From Gemmatimonadales bacterium (lineage in GTDB: Bacteria > Gemmatimonadota > Gemmatimonadetes > Gemmatimonadales > GWC2-71-9), in contig JBQTHV010000172.1 of NCBI GenBank assembly GCA_052389555.1, positions 326 to 64,325 of the forward strand: a stretch of DNA of 64,000 bases. The letters run 5' to 3'. Below, piece after piece: positions 20,045 to 28,518 of this stretch. Under the pieces are notes generated by a model. It had not been told where the DNA came from. It saw nothing but the letters and a program-made list of their open reading frames with translations, and searched no databases. Each line of letters opens with the position of its first letter. Positions within the stretch are counted from its first letter, which is position 1. The position numbers were made by a program, and so were the translations under genes.

Positions 20045-20126
20045 TCGTCCACCTCCCAAGGCACTCGTAGCCATAGGGAGTGACGTTCCACCCGGATTTG
20101 GGAACACGTACTCTACTCGCTAGCTC

Positions 20127-21143
20127 CTATTCACCAACCGGCCGCCGTTCGCGGCGGGTCAGCTCGCCGACCTCGGCGCGCGCGGCGGCGTCGCCGAAGA
20201 TCTTCTCCCCATCGTAGCGCCCGTTCTCGATGAAGATCTCGGAGATGTGCTTGCCCGAAGTCACGCTCCCGGCGAGATGGATGCCCGGGATGTTCGCCTC
20301 CAGCGTCTCGGGATCGAGCTCGGGACGGCAGGAGTGGGGGTCGAGGGCGATCCCGATGCGCCGGAACAGGTCGAAATCGGGGTGGAAGCCGGTGAGCAGG
20401 TAGACCCGATCGGCGGGCACTCGCTCGGTGCCGTCGCCCTCGGTCTCGATCGAGACGGCCTGCTCGTCGATCCCGGTCACCCGGGCGCCCCAGCGCGCGG
20501 CAATCTCGCCCGCTTTGATCCGGTTCTCGAGGTCCGGCTTGAGCCAGTATTTCACCGAGGGGCGGAGCTCCTTCCGGCGATAGACCAAGGTCACCGAAGC
20601 CCCCGCGCGGAAGCAGTTGAGTGCGTGCTCCACCGCCGAGTTCTTCCCCCCGACGATCACGATGCGGAGGCCGGAGCTCAGATGAGGCTCGTCGGCGTAG
20701 TGGGAGACCTGCGGGAGGTCCTCGCCCGGCACGCCCAGGTGGTTCGGATGATCGAAGTAGCCGGTGGCGAGGACCAGCCGGTCGCCGCGCAGCTCCTCCG
20801 GCCCGTGCCGGGTTAGGAGGCGAGCGCGAATGCCGCCGCGACCCGGCTCCGCGCCGGTGAGCTTGACGTAGGGTCGGATGCGGAGCCCCTCGGCGCGCGC
20901 CACGCCGCGATAGTACTTGAGGGCTTCTTCCCGGGTCGGCTTGGCGCCGGCGCAAACCAGCGGATGTCCCCCGATCTCGAGGCGGTCCGGTGTGGTGAAG
21001 AAGGTGAGGCCGACCGGATAGCGCACGATCGAGTTGGCAATGGCTCCCGCATCGATCACCAGCGGGTCGAGGCCCCGGCGCTTCGCCGAGATCGCGCAGG
21101 CCAGCCCGATCGGCCCGGCGCCGACGACGAGAATCTGGGGCAT
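20127..21143 (-). CDS. ypdA: YpdA family FAD/NAD(P)-dependent disulfide reductase (putative bacillithiol disulfide reductase type)
   Basis: 338 aa. GAGPIGL dinucleotide motif, IVGGKNSAVE second Rossmann motif and C-terminal IFIENGRYDG. Collinear with B. subtilis YpdA as I remember it. Confidence 0.85.
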   Translation of the reverse strand: MPQILVVGAGPIGLACAISAKRRGLDPLVIDAGAIANSIVRYPVGLTFFTTPDRLEIGGHPLVCAGAKPTREEALKYYRGVARAEGLRIRPYVKLTGAEPGRGGIRARLLTRHGPEELRGDRLVLATGYFDHPNHLGVPGEDLPQVSHYADEPHLSSGLRIVIVGGKNSAVEHALNCFRAGASVTLVYRRKELRPSVKYWLKPDLENRIKAGEIAARWGARVTGIDEQAVSIETEGDGTERVPADRVYLLTGFHPDFDLFRRIGIALDPHSCRPELDPETLEANIPGIHLAGSVTSGKHISEIFIENGRYDGEKIFGDAAARAEVGELTRRERRPVGE

Positions 21144-21162
21144 GGCGAAATCTAGCTATCGG

Positions 21163-21250
21163 GGCTATTGGCTATTAGCTATTGGCTATTGGTCAACAGC
21201 CCGACGGGTTAGGACAGTGTCCAATAGCCAATAGCCAATAGCCAATAGCC
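21163..21250. repeat. zipper hairpin built from CCAATAG/CTATTGG heptamers (family 2)
   Basis: GGCTATTGGCTATTAGCTATTGGCTATTGG - TCAACAGCCCGACGGGTTAGGACAGTGT - CCAATAGCCAATAGCCAATAGCCAATAGCC. The loop carries CGGGTTAGG. Confidence 0.9.
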
Positions 21251-21636
21251 TACTTCCACTCCCGCAACGCAAACACATTCCCCTCCGAATCCTCGAAGAA
21301 AGCCATCCACAGCGTGCGGTCAGGGGCCCGATGGATGATATGGGGGCCGTCGCGGAACCGGACCCCGCGCTCCGTGAGCGTGGCGTAAGCCCGGTCGATG
21401 TCGGCGACCTCGAAGTAGAGGACGGAGCTCGGATGATCGAACTCGGCGGTCTCGGCGGCTCCCAGCATCAGCCAGACGGTGCCGCACTGGAAGAAGAGGA
21501 GGCCGGGCGCCTCGAAGAGGAAGGGGAGGCCCAGGGCCTCCTGGTAGAAGCGCTTGGCCCGGACCAGGTCGGCCGCGCGGACCGCGATCTGACCGATGGA
21601 CTGAAGCAGGGGCGGGGTCATGCGGGTTGCCTCCAA
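21250..21636 (-). CDS. VOC (glyoxalase/bleomycin-resistance/dioxygenase) family protein
   Basis: 128-aa ORF with a paired beta-alpha-beta-beta-beta pattern (IGQIAVRAADLVRAKRFYQEALG; EDSEGNVFAL). Confidence 0.85.
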   Translation of the reverse strand: MEATRMTPPLLQSIGQIAVRAADLVRAKRFYQEALGLPFLFEAPGLLFFQCGTVWLMLGAAETAEFDHPSSVLYFEVADIDRAYATLTERGVRFRDGPHIIHRAPDRTLWMAFFEDSEGNVFALREWK

Positions 21637-21718
21637 TCGGACAATTAGTTAGTAGGCAGGTGCTCAGCGCGACCGCGAAGGGTCGCCGGCTCCTGCAGGC
21701 GGCGGAGCAGCCCGGGCC

Positions 21719-22051
21719 CTAACCCGGGGCGACCGTGCGCCGGAACGCTTCGGCGCGCCCGCGGGTTAGGGCCGAAGCCTCCTGCTCTCCCGCCGCCTCC
21801 TGCACCGAGGCCAGGAGGTCCAGGAGCAGGGCCAGCCCGAGAATCCGGTCGGGGTCGCGCAACAGATTGGCGGCGCTGGTCACGTCGAGCCGCGGAACCA
21901 CCTCCGCCAGCGACCCCAGGTGCTGCGCCATCGCCTCTTCCAGGTGCAGCCGGGCCGCCTCCACGTCCTGGGGCCCGGGCCCGGCCAGCATGCGCCGGAT
22001 CACCCGGGCGATCTGCTCGATCCACCGCAACACCACGTCGCGCTGGGTCAT
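21719..22051 (-). CDS. hypothetical protein translationally coupled to nagB
   Basis: ATG 22051 overlaps the nagB stop (ATGA). 110 aa, helical, no recognised family. Confidence 0.5.
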   Translation of the reverse strand: MTQRDVVLRWIEQIARVIRRMLAGPGPQDVEAARLHLEEAMAQHLGSLAEVVPRLDVTSAANLLRDPDRILGLALLLDLLASVQEAAGEQEASALTRGRAEAFRRTVAPG

Positions 22052-23880
22052 GACTCCACGACGTAGGCCTCCATCGCGAAGTACTCCGCGAGGCCGAGGC
22101 GGTCGAGCGTTTCGGCGGTCTCCTGGTTGCGAGCCTCGACCCGCTGCCAGAACTCCCGCTGATCGGGACCCGGAAAGAGGGCGCGATCCTTCTGGGATTG
22201 GTGTTTGAAGATTGCCTGGATCTTGACCGCGAGCTCTTCCTGCGAGAGGGGCACCAGCCAGGTAGCATCGGTCACCGGCCATTCCTGCCAGGCGCCGCGA
22301 TAGAGCCACACTTCGGGCCGCTGATCGCGCTCGGCGAGGGCCCGGTCAATCGCCTCTTTGCACATCCGATGGGTGCCGTGGGGATCGGAGAGATCGCCCG
22401 CGACGAAGATCAGCTCGGGACGGCACTCGTCCAGCAGCGCCCGCACGAGCGCCACGTCGGCGGGTCCGATCGGGTCCTTGCGGACCTGACCGGTACGATA
22501 GAAAGGGAGATTGAGGAACCGGGCCCGCTCGCGGGTGAGCCCCAGGGTTTCGAGTGCGCTCACCGCCTCGGCTTCCCGAATCATGCGCTTGATGTCTTGC
22601 ACCGCGGGCGAATCCACGTCGCCGGGCGCCTTTCGGGCCAGAAAGTCGCGGACCTCATGCGCGAGCTGGCCGGCCGCCTCGCGATTCAGTCCCTGGACCG
22701 GGGCCAGCCGCTCCAGGAAATCGAGATAGCGACGCACATCGTGATCGAACACCGCGATGTTGCCGCTGGTCAGGTAAGCCACCGTGATGGCGTTCCCATT
22801 CTGGACCAGCTTGTAGAGCAGACCGCCCATCGAGATGACGTCGTCGTCGGGATGCGGGGAGAAACAGACTATCCGGCTCTTGCGGGGGAGCCTGGAGCGG
22901 CCCCGAATCTTGGCGCCGAGGGCGTTGAACACGAAGCCGTTGACCGCGCCCGGCGCGCCGAACCGCGCTACCAGGGCGGAAAGTCCATGCTCGAGGTAGT
23001 CCCGGTGGGTGAGCTTGAGAATGGCGCGCCCGATGGTGCGAGAGAGCCAGACCACCGCGCGCACCACCAGGGCATCGGTCCACTCGACCTCGTCCACCAG
23101 CCACGGCGTCGCCACCCGGGTCAGTTCCGCGGCCGCCGCAGGATCGAGATGCACGGTGACGCGGGGGTGACCTTGGAGGAAGGTAGCGGCCACGTCGGGC
23201 TCGACCGGGCCCTCCACCGCCCGCCGCACGATGGCCGCTTTGTGCTCCCCGGTGGCCAGCAGGGCGATTTCGCGCGCCTCGAGGATCGTGGCGATCCCCA
23301 GGGTGACCGCCTCGCGGGGGACGTGGCTCTCCCCGAAGAAATCAGCGGCTGCGGTGCGGCGGGTTAGGGTATCGAGGGTAACCAGCCGGGCCCGGCTCTC
23401 GGCGCCCGATCCCGGCTCGTTGAACCCGATGTGCCCGGTCTGCCCGATGCCGAGGATCTGGTAATCGATGCCGCCCGCCGCGCCGATGGCGGCCTCGTAG
23501 CGGGCGCATTCGGCGGGGACCTGGTCGCGGGGGAGATCGCCGCGCGGAAGGTGGGTGTCGCTGAGGTCGATATCGACGTGCTCGAAGAAATTCTCCCGCA
23601 TGAACCGGTGGTACGAGTGAATGCTGTGCGGCCGCATGGGGTAGTACTCGTCGAGGTTGAAGGTGATGACCCCGCGGAAGCTCAGGCCCTCCTCCCGGTG
23701 CAGGCGAATGAGCTCGCGATAGACGCCGAGCGGCGTCGAGCCGGTAGCGAGGCCCAGCACGGGCCCGCGGCCGCTCGCGCGCTGTTCGCGGATGACCTCC
23801 GCCATCCGGTGGGCGACCGCGCAGGCGAGCGCCTCGGGCGATGGGTGAACCGCGACCGGGACCCGTTCCGGAGTACCCAT
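22048..23880 (-). CDS. nagB: glucosamine-6-phosphate deaminase, long form fused to a PIG-L/LmbE-type deacetylase domain
   Basis: 610 aa. N-terminal NagB/6-PGL fold (LGLATGSTPLGVY, LGIGQTGHIGFNEPGS) and C-terminal LmbE signature SPHPDDDVISMGG. Confidence 0.88.
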   Translation of the reverse strand: MGTPERVPVAVHPSPEALACAVAHRMAEVIREQRASGRGPVLGLATGSTPLGVYRELIRLHREEGLSFRGVITFNLDEYYPMRPHSIHSYHRFMRENFFEHVDIDLSDTHLPRGDLPRDQVPAECARYEAAIGAAGGIDYQILGIGQTGHIGFNEPGSGAESRARLVTLDTLTRRTAAADFFGESHVPREAVTLGIATILEAREIALLATGEHKAAIVRRAVEGPVEPDVAATFLQGHPRVTVHLDPAAAAELTRVATPWLVDEVEWTDALVVRAVVWLSRTIGRAILKLTHRDYLEHGLSALVARFGAPGAVNGFVFNALGAKIRGRSRLPRKSRIVCFSPHPDDDVISMGGLLYKLVQNGNAITVAYLTSGNIAVFDHDVRRYLDFLERLAPVQGLNREAAGQLAHEVRDFLARKAPGDVDSPAVQDIKRMIREAEAVSALETLGLTRERARFLNLPFYRTGQVRKDPIGPADVALVRALLDECRPELIFVAGDLSDPHGTHRMCKEAIDRALAERDQRPEVWLYRGAWQEWPVTDATWLVPLSQEELAVKIQAIFKHQSQKDRALFPGPDQREFWQRVEARNQETAETLDRLGLAEYFAMEAYVVES

Positions 23881-23942
23881 GCGGGGAATCTAGGGGACCA
23901 CGGGGCCAGGGGCCGGGGGTCAGGGACCAGGGAAACCCGGCG

Positions 23943-23976
23943 TTGACATATCAAAAAATATTGATATATTGGCCCT
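23943..23976 (+). promoter_or_regulatory. sigma70-like promoter with AT-rich palindromic operator; leaderless arsR
   Basis: TTGACA (23943-48), 16 nt spacer, TATATT (23965-70). Inverted repeat ATATCAA-n6-TTGATAT spans the spacer and -10 box. The arsR ATG (23977) is only 6 nt after the -10 box. Confidence 0.6.
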
Positions 23977-24297
23977 ATGGTTCGTACCTCGGCCTTCGAG
24001 ATCACCCGATCGGCGCGCGCGTTTCACGCGCTCTCGGATCCGATCCGGCTCCGGCTGGTCGATCTGCTCCGGGGTGGCGAGCGGTGCGTGGGTGAGCTGA
24101 CCGAGGCGCTCGACGCGGGACAGAGCCGGCTGTCGTTTCACCTCGGCGTCCTGAAGGAGGTCGGCCTGGTGCTGGACCGGCGGGAAGGACGCTGGGTGTA
24201 CTACCGGGTCAATCCGGAGCAGATCGCGCGGCTGGCGGGCGCGCTGACCGATTGCTGCTCGCCGGGGAAGCCCTGGCTCAAGAACGCATGTTGTTAG
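23977..24297 (+). CDS. arsR: ArsR family arsenic-responsive repressor
   Basis: 106 aa. HALSDPIRLRLVDLLRGGERCVGELTEAL with metalloid-binding Cys residues, and a Cys-rich C-terminus (DCCSPG...NACC). Confidence 0.88.
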   Translation: MVRTSAFEITRSARAFHALSDPIRLRLVDLLRGGERCVGELTEALDAGQSRLSFHLGVLKEVGLVLDRREGRWVYYRVNPEQIARLAGALTDCCSPGKPWLKNACC

Positions 24298-24328
24298 AGG
24301 AATCCGCCAACCGATGAAAAACAACAAC

Positions 24329-24409
24329 AATCCACAGATTACACGGATTAGCGCGATGAACCGCGCAGTTCAATGACCGAATCAGCGTAATCCGTGTAAT
24401 CTGTGGATT
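24329..24409. repeat. perfect 22-bp inverted repeat (AT-rich) in the arsR-arsM spacer
   Basis: AATCCACAGATTACACGGATTA - 37 nt - TAATCCGTGTAATCTGTGGATT, followed by GCTTTTTCTG. A partial third copy TATCCACAGACCACAAG lies at 24423-24439. Confidence 0.85.
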
Positions 24410-24459
24410 GCTTTTTCTGCGGTATCCACAGACCACAAGTCTAACCCTGGGAGACGAAG

Positions 24460-25278
24460 ATGGACCCGACGATTCGGGAAGCGGTCAAAGAGAAGTACGG
24501 CCAGGCAGCCCAGCGGGTGCTCGAGGGCAAAGAGGCAGACTGCTGCGCGAGTAGTTGCTGCGGTGGGAGTGCCGATCCGATCAGCAGCAACCTCTACTCG
24601 CAGGCGGAGACGGCGCTGGTCCCCGAGGGGGCGGTGTTGGCATCACTCGGCTGCGGCAATCCCACCGCGCTCGCCGAGCTCAAGGAAGGGGAGACCGTGC
24701 TCGATCTGGGCAGCGGCGGTGGGATCGATGTCCTGCTCTCGGCGCAGCGAGTCGGTCCCACCGGGAAAGCCTACGGGATCGACATGACCGACGAGATGCT
24801 GGAGTTGGCGCGCGAGAACCAGCGGAGGGCCGGGCTCGCCAACGTCGAGTTTCTCAAGGGCGAGATCGAGGACATGCCGCTCCCGGACGCTTCGGTGGAC
24901 GTCATCATCTCCAATTGTGTCATCAATCTTTCGGCCGATAAGTGCAAGGTCATTCACGAAGCCTTCCGGGTGCTCAAGCCGGGCGGGCGGTTCGTGGTAT
25001 CGGACGTGGTGGTGCACGGCGAAGTGCCGCCGGCAGTGCGCCGGAGCATGGAGCTCTGGATCGGCTGTGTGGCGGGCGCACTCGAGGAGCAGGAGTTCAA
25101 GGATCTCCTGACCTCGACGGGATTCATCGAGGTCTCGATCGAGCCGACCCGGATCTACCGGGTGGACGACGCCCGGGCCTTCCTCGAAGGAGCCGGCCTC
25201 GATACCGACGTCGTCGCGACGGCGATCGAGGGCCGGTTCATGGGCGCGTTCGTGCGAGGGCGCAAGCCGCTCCAGTGA
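24460..25278 (+). CDS. arsM: arsenite S-adenosylmethionine methyltransferase
   Basis: 272 aa. Conserved Cys clusters (CCASSCCGG), SAM motif [11 protein letters not shown], and the GCV Cys in WIGCVAGAL. Confidence 0.9.
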   Translation: MDPTIREAVKEKYGQAAQRVLEGKEADCCASSCCGGSADPISSNLYSQAETALVPEGAVLASLGCGNPTALAELKEGETVLDLGSGGGIDVLLSAQRVGPTGKAYGIDMTDEMLELARENQRRAGLANVEFLKGEIEDMPLPDASVDVIISNCVINLSADKCKVIHEAFRVLKPGGRFVVSDVVVHGEVPPAVRRSMELWIGCVAGALEEQEFKDLLTSTGFIEVSIEPTRIYRVDDARAFLEGAGLDTDVVATAIEGRFMGAFVRGRKPLQ

Positions 25279-25676
25279 CCACCGTTCTCTTCGCCTGCGT
25301 GCACAACGCCGGGCGATCTCAGATGGCAGCGGCGTTCTTCGACCAGCTCGCCGATCCGGCGCGGGCGCAGGCGATTTCTGCAGGCACCGCGCCGGGTGAG
25401 CGGGTGCACGCGGTCGTGGTCACCGCGATGAAGGAATCCGGCATCGATCTCTCCGCGGCCAGGCCTCGGTTGCTCACCGACGACCTGGCCCGCCAAGCCC
25501 AGGTCTTGGTCACGATGGGCTGCGGCGACGAGTGTCCGGTGGTTCCGGGAGTCGTGCCGGTGGACTGGCCGCTCGAGGATCCCAGCGGAAAGGGGCTCGA
25601 CCAAGTGCGAGTGATTCGCGACGAGATTCGCGCGCGGGTGCTTGCACTGATCCAGGAGCGCGGCTGGAGTCGGTAG
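25275..25676 (+). CDS. arsC: arsenate reductase, LMW-PTPase (thioredoxin-coupled) type
   Basis: GTG 25275 overlaps the arsM stop. P-loop CVHNAGRS and distal Cys pair GCGDEC. Confidence 0.88.
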   Translation: MTTVLFACVHNAGRSQMAAAFFDQLADPARAQAISAGTAPGERVHAVVVTAMKESGIDLSAARPRLLTDDLARQAQVLVTMGCGDECPVVPGVVPVDWPLEDPSGKGLDQVRVIRDEIRARVLALIQERGWSR

Positions 25677-25934
25677 CTTTGCGATCCACTATGCGAGATT
25701 CCGCACGCGGTACCCCAGCGTGCGATCCCGGTTGAACTTCCCCTTCCGGCACACGATCTGCCCTCCCGCTTCGCGGTAGCTGTGTTCTCGTGCTGCATGT
25801 CGGTGCAGCTGGGCCTCATCGCGGGCGACCATTGGGCATTCGATCGAAGAGCCTCGTCTTCCGCGAGAACCGGTTGCTCGGCGCTCGGCCCTCGGCCCCT
25901 CCCTTCGATGACGAACCCGCCCCTCCGGAACTGA

Positions 25935-25961
25935 GATATGTACGACATTGTCGTACATATC
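25935..25961. promoter_or_regulatory. perfect 12-3-12 palindrome (candidate operator)
   Basis: GATATGTACGAC-att-GTCGTACATATC within the 440-bp gene-free region 25677-26119. Confidence 0.4.
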
Positions 25962-26043
25962 GCCTAGCCGAAAGGGGCTCCATCGCTCGTTCGGCTCCAG
26001 CTCCGGGCGCGGGTTAGCGCGTCCGGCGGCGTGGGGGCCAGGG

Positions 26044-26105
26044 GTCAGAGTACGTGAAACAAGGCTATTCTTACCCGCTGAAAGCCAAGTCTCACGTACT
26101 CTGAC
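26044..26105. repeat. perfect 14-bp inverted repeat hairpin just upstream of the DMT transporter gene
   Basis: GTCAGAGTACGTGA - 34 nt - TCACGTACTCTGAC, ending 15 nt before ATG 26120. Confidence 0.7.
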
Positions 26106-26119
26106 GCCTTGCGACGGGA

Positions 26120-26995
26120 ATGAAATCCGACAACCTGAGCGGCGCCGCGATCATGGTCGTGGCGGTTGGGTCCTTCGCGCTCATGGATGCCTGTCTCAAG
26201 GTCCTCTCGCCGCATTACGGGGCCATGCAAGTCGCGACTGTGCGAGGGCTGGCCACTCTCCCAGTGGCGGTGGTCTGGGCCGCCGTGCAGGGTGGACTGG
26301 ACCAGCTTTGGCGCGTGCGGTTCGGACTCCACGCCGTGCGGGGCGTGCTTGGCATCGTGAGTCTGGCCACCTTCGCGTATGCGCTGCGAAGCCTGCCTTT
26401 GTCCGAAGCCTACGCGATCTTCTTCGTGGCTCCCCTCCTGATCACGGCCTTCGCGGCCCCGCTGCTCGGGGAGCGGGTCGGAAGACGGCGCTGGATCGCG
26501 ATCGCGATCGGATTCGCGGGAGCCTTGATCGTCCTCCGGCCCACCGGCACGGGCGCGTTCACCGTTGCGGGGCTGGCCGTGCTGGTCTGCGCGACGGGCT
26601 ATGCCTTCTCAGCCATCACCGTACGCGTGTTAGGGCGCACCGACAGCACGCCCAGCATGGTGTTCTGGGTGATGGCGATGGTTGCTGCCGGCGCCGGGGC
26701 GATGGCCCTGCCCGGGTGGCGACCGATCCAATCGGTTCACTGGCCGGTCATCGGCGGGATTGCGATCGCCGGCTCGGTGGGCCAGTGGGCCTTGACGGAG
26801 GCCTTCCGCCGGGGCCAGGCGTCGTTCATTGCGCCCTTCGAGTACACCGCGCTGGTGTGGGGGCTCGGGCTTGACTGGGCCTTGTGGCGTACCCTGCCGG
26901 CGGCCATCACCGTGGTGGGCGCGGGGGTCATCGTCACCAGCGGCGTGTACCTGGTTCGTCACGAGCCGGTGCACGCCGAGGCGGAGCATCCCTGA
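26120..26995 (+). CDS. DMT superfamily (EamA-like) transporter
   Basis: 291 aa, 10 TM helices as two EamA repeats. Confidence 0.85.
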   Translation: MKSDNLSGAAIMVVAVGSFALMDACLKVLSPHYGAMQVATVRGLATLPVAVVWAAVQGGLDQLWRVRFGLHAVRGVLGIVSLATFAYALRSLPLSEAYAIFFVAPLLITAFAAPLLGERVGRRRWIAIAIGFAGALIVLRPTGTGAFTVAGLAVLVCATGYAFSAITVRVLGRTDSTPSMVFWVMAMVAAGAGAMALPGWRPIQSVHWPVIGGIAIAGSVGQWALTEAFRRGQASFIAPFEYTALVWGLGLDWALWRTLPAAITVVGAGVIVTSGVYLVRHEPVHAEAEHP

Positions 26996-28518
26996 TGCGG
27001 CTGGCCGACCTGGTGGCGATGTCCACCGCGGTCCGGGCGACCGCGAGCCGGCTCGAGAAGATCGGCCTCCTGGCTGGACTCCTAACCCGCCTCGATCCGC
27101 CCGAGGCCGCCATCGCTGTGGGGTTTCTCATCGGTTGGCCGCGGCAGGGTCGCCTGGGGGTTGGCTGGGCGACCGTGGCCTCCACCCGGCCGGGCCCGGC
27201 GGGAGCGGCCGGGCTCTCGCTCCTCGAGGTGGATGCCGTGTTCGCGCGCATGAAGTCGGTGCGGGGCGCTCACTCCGCGACGGAACGCCGCCGGCTTCTG
27301 GAGGAGCTCCTGGCTCGGGCCACCGCGGCCGAGCAGGAGTTCCTGGTGGCGCTGCTCCTCGGCGAGGTGCGGCAGGGCGCGCTGGAGGGGGTCATGCTCG
27401 AGGCGGTAGCCCGCGCCGCCGGCCTGCCAAGCGAGCGGGTTAGGCGGGCGGTGATGCTTGCGGGCGATCTCGGGGCGGTCGCCGAAACGCTCCTCAGCCG
27501 GGGCGGAGCGGGGCTCGCCTCCTCCGCGATCGAGCTGTTCCGGCCGGTGCAGCCGATGCTGGCCGACTCGGCCGGATCGGTCGCGGAGGCGCTCAGCGGG
27601 TTAGGGCGGGCGGTGCTCGAGTGGAAGCTGGATGGGGCGCGGATTCAGGTCCACCGCCGGGAAGACCGGGTTGCAGTGTACTCCCGGAGCCTCAACGAGG
27701 TGACCGGAGCAGTTCCGGAGGTGGTCGAGACGGTGCTGGCGCTCGGAGTTCGGGAGATCGTGCTGGACGGCGAGGTGATCGCCCTCGACGCGACCGGGAA
27801 GCCGCTGCCGTTCCAGGAGACCATGCGCCGGTTCGGCCGCAAGCTCGAGGTCGAGCGGCTGCGCGGCGCGCTCCCGCTCACGGCGTTCTTCTTCGACGTG
27901 CTGCGCCTCGACGGCGAGGACTTGCTCGACGCGGCGCTCAGCGAGCGGCTCGAGCGGCTCGATGCGGTGCTGCCGCCCGGGTTCCGGGTCCCGCGACTCG
28001 TGACGGACGAGGTCGCCCAGGCAGAGCGTTTCTTCGCCGAGACGGTGGCTCGCGGCCATGAGGGGGTCATGGCCAAGTCGCCCTCGGCGCCCTACGCAGC
28101 GGGGAAGCGCGGGTCGGCGTGGATCAAGGTGAAGACGCCGCGCACACTCGATCTCGTGGTGCTGGCTGCCGAGTGGGGATCGGGCCGCCGGCAGGGTTGG
28201 CTGAGCAATCTGCACCTCGGGGCCCGCGATCCCGCCACGGGCGGCTTCGTGATGCTCGGCAAGACGTTCAAGGGGATGACCGACGAGATGCTCGAGTGGC
28301 AGACCCGCGAGCTGCTGGCCCGGGAGACCAGGCGCGAGGGTCATGTCGTATCTGTACGGCCGGAGCTGGTGGTGGAGGTGGCCTTCAACGAGGTGCAGCG
28401 GAGCTCGCAGTATCCCGGCGGGGTAACGCTGCGGTTCGCGCGGATCAAGGGGTATCGGCCCGACAAGCGGCCCGACGAAGCCGACACAATCGACGCGGTC
28501 CGGGGCTTCCTGACCTAG
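26995..28518 (+). CDS. ATP-dependent DNA ligase (Lig1/LigB type with N-terminal DNA-binding domain)
   Basis: ATG 26995 shares one nt with the upstream stop. Motif I EWKLDGAR, motif III FFFDVLRLDG, motif IV EGVMAKS, motif V WIKVK. Confidence 0.9.
   Translation: MRLADLVAMSTAVRATASRLEKIGLLAGLLTRLDPPEAAIAVGFLIGWPRQGRLGVGWATVASTRPGPAGAAGLSLLEVDAVFARMKSVRGAHSATERRRLLEELLARATAAEQEFLVALLLGEVRQGALEGVMLEAVARAAGLPSERVRRAVMLAGDLGAVAETLLSRGGAGLASSAIELFRPVQPMLADSAGSVAEALSGLGRAVLEWKLDGARIQVHRREDRVAVYSRSLNEVTGAVPEVVETVLALGVREIVLDGEVIALDATGKPLPFQETMRRFGRKLEVERLRGALPLTAFFFDVLRLDGEDLLDAALSERLERLDAVLPPGFRVPRLVTDEVAQAERFFAETVARGHEGVMAKSPSAPYAAGKRGSAWIKVKTPRTLDLVVLAAEWGSGRRQGWLSNLHLGARDPATGGFVMLGKTFKGMTDEMLEWQTRELLARETRREGHVVSVRPELVVEVAFNEVQRSSQYPGGVTLRFARIKGYRPDKRPDEADTIDAVRGFLT

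Noticed and set aside
25689-25958. 89-aa ORF in the arsC-DMT spacer
   Set aside because: It is Arg-rich with no RBS or family features. Its ATG lies inside the 12-3-12 palindrome, so it is more likely non-coding.
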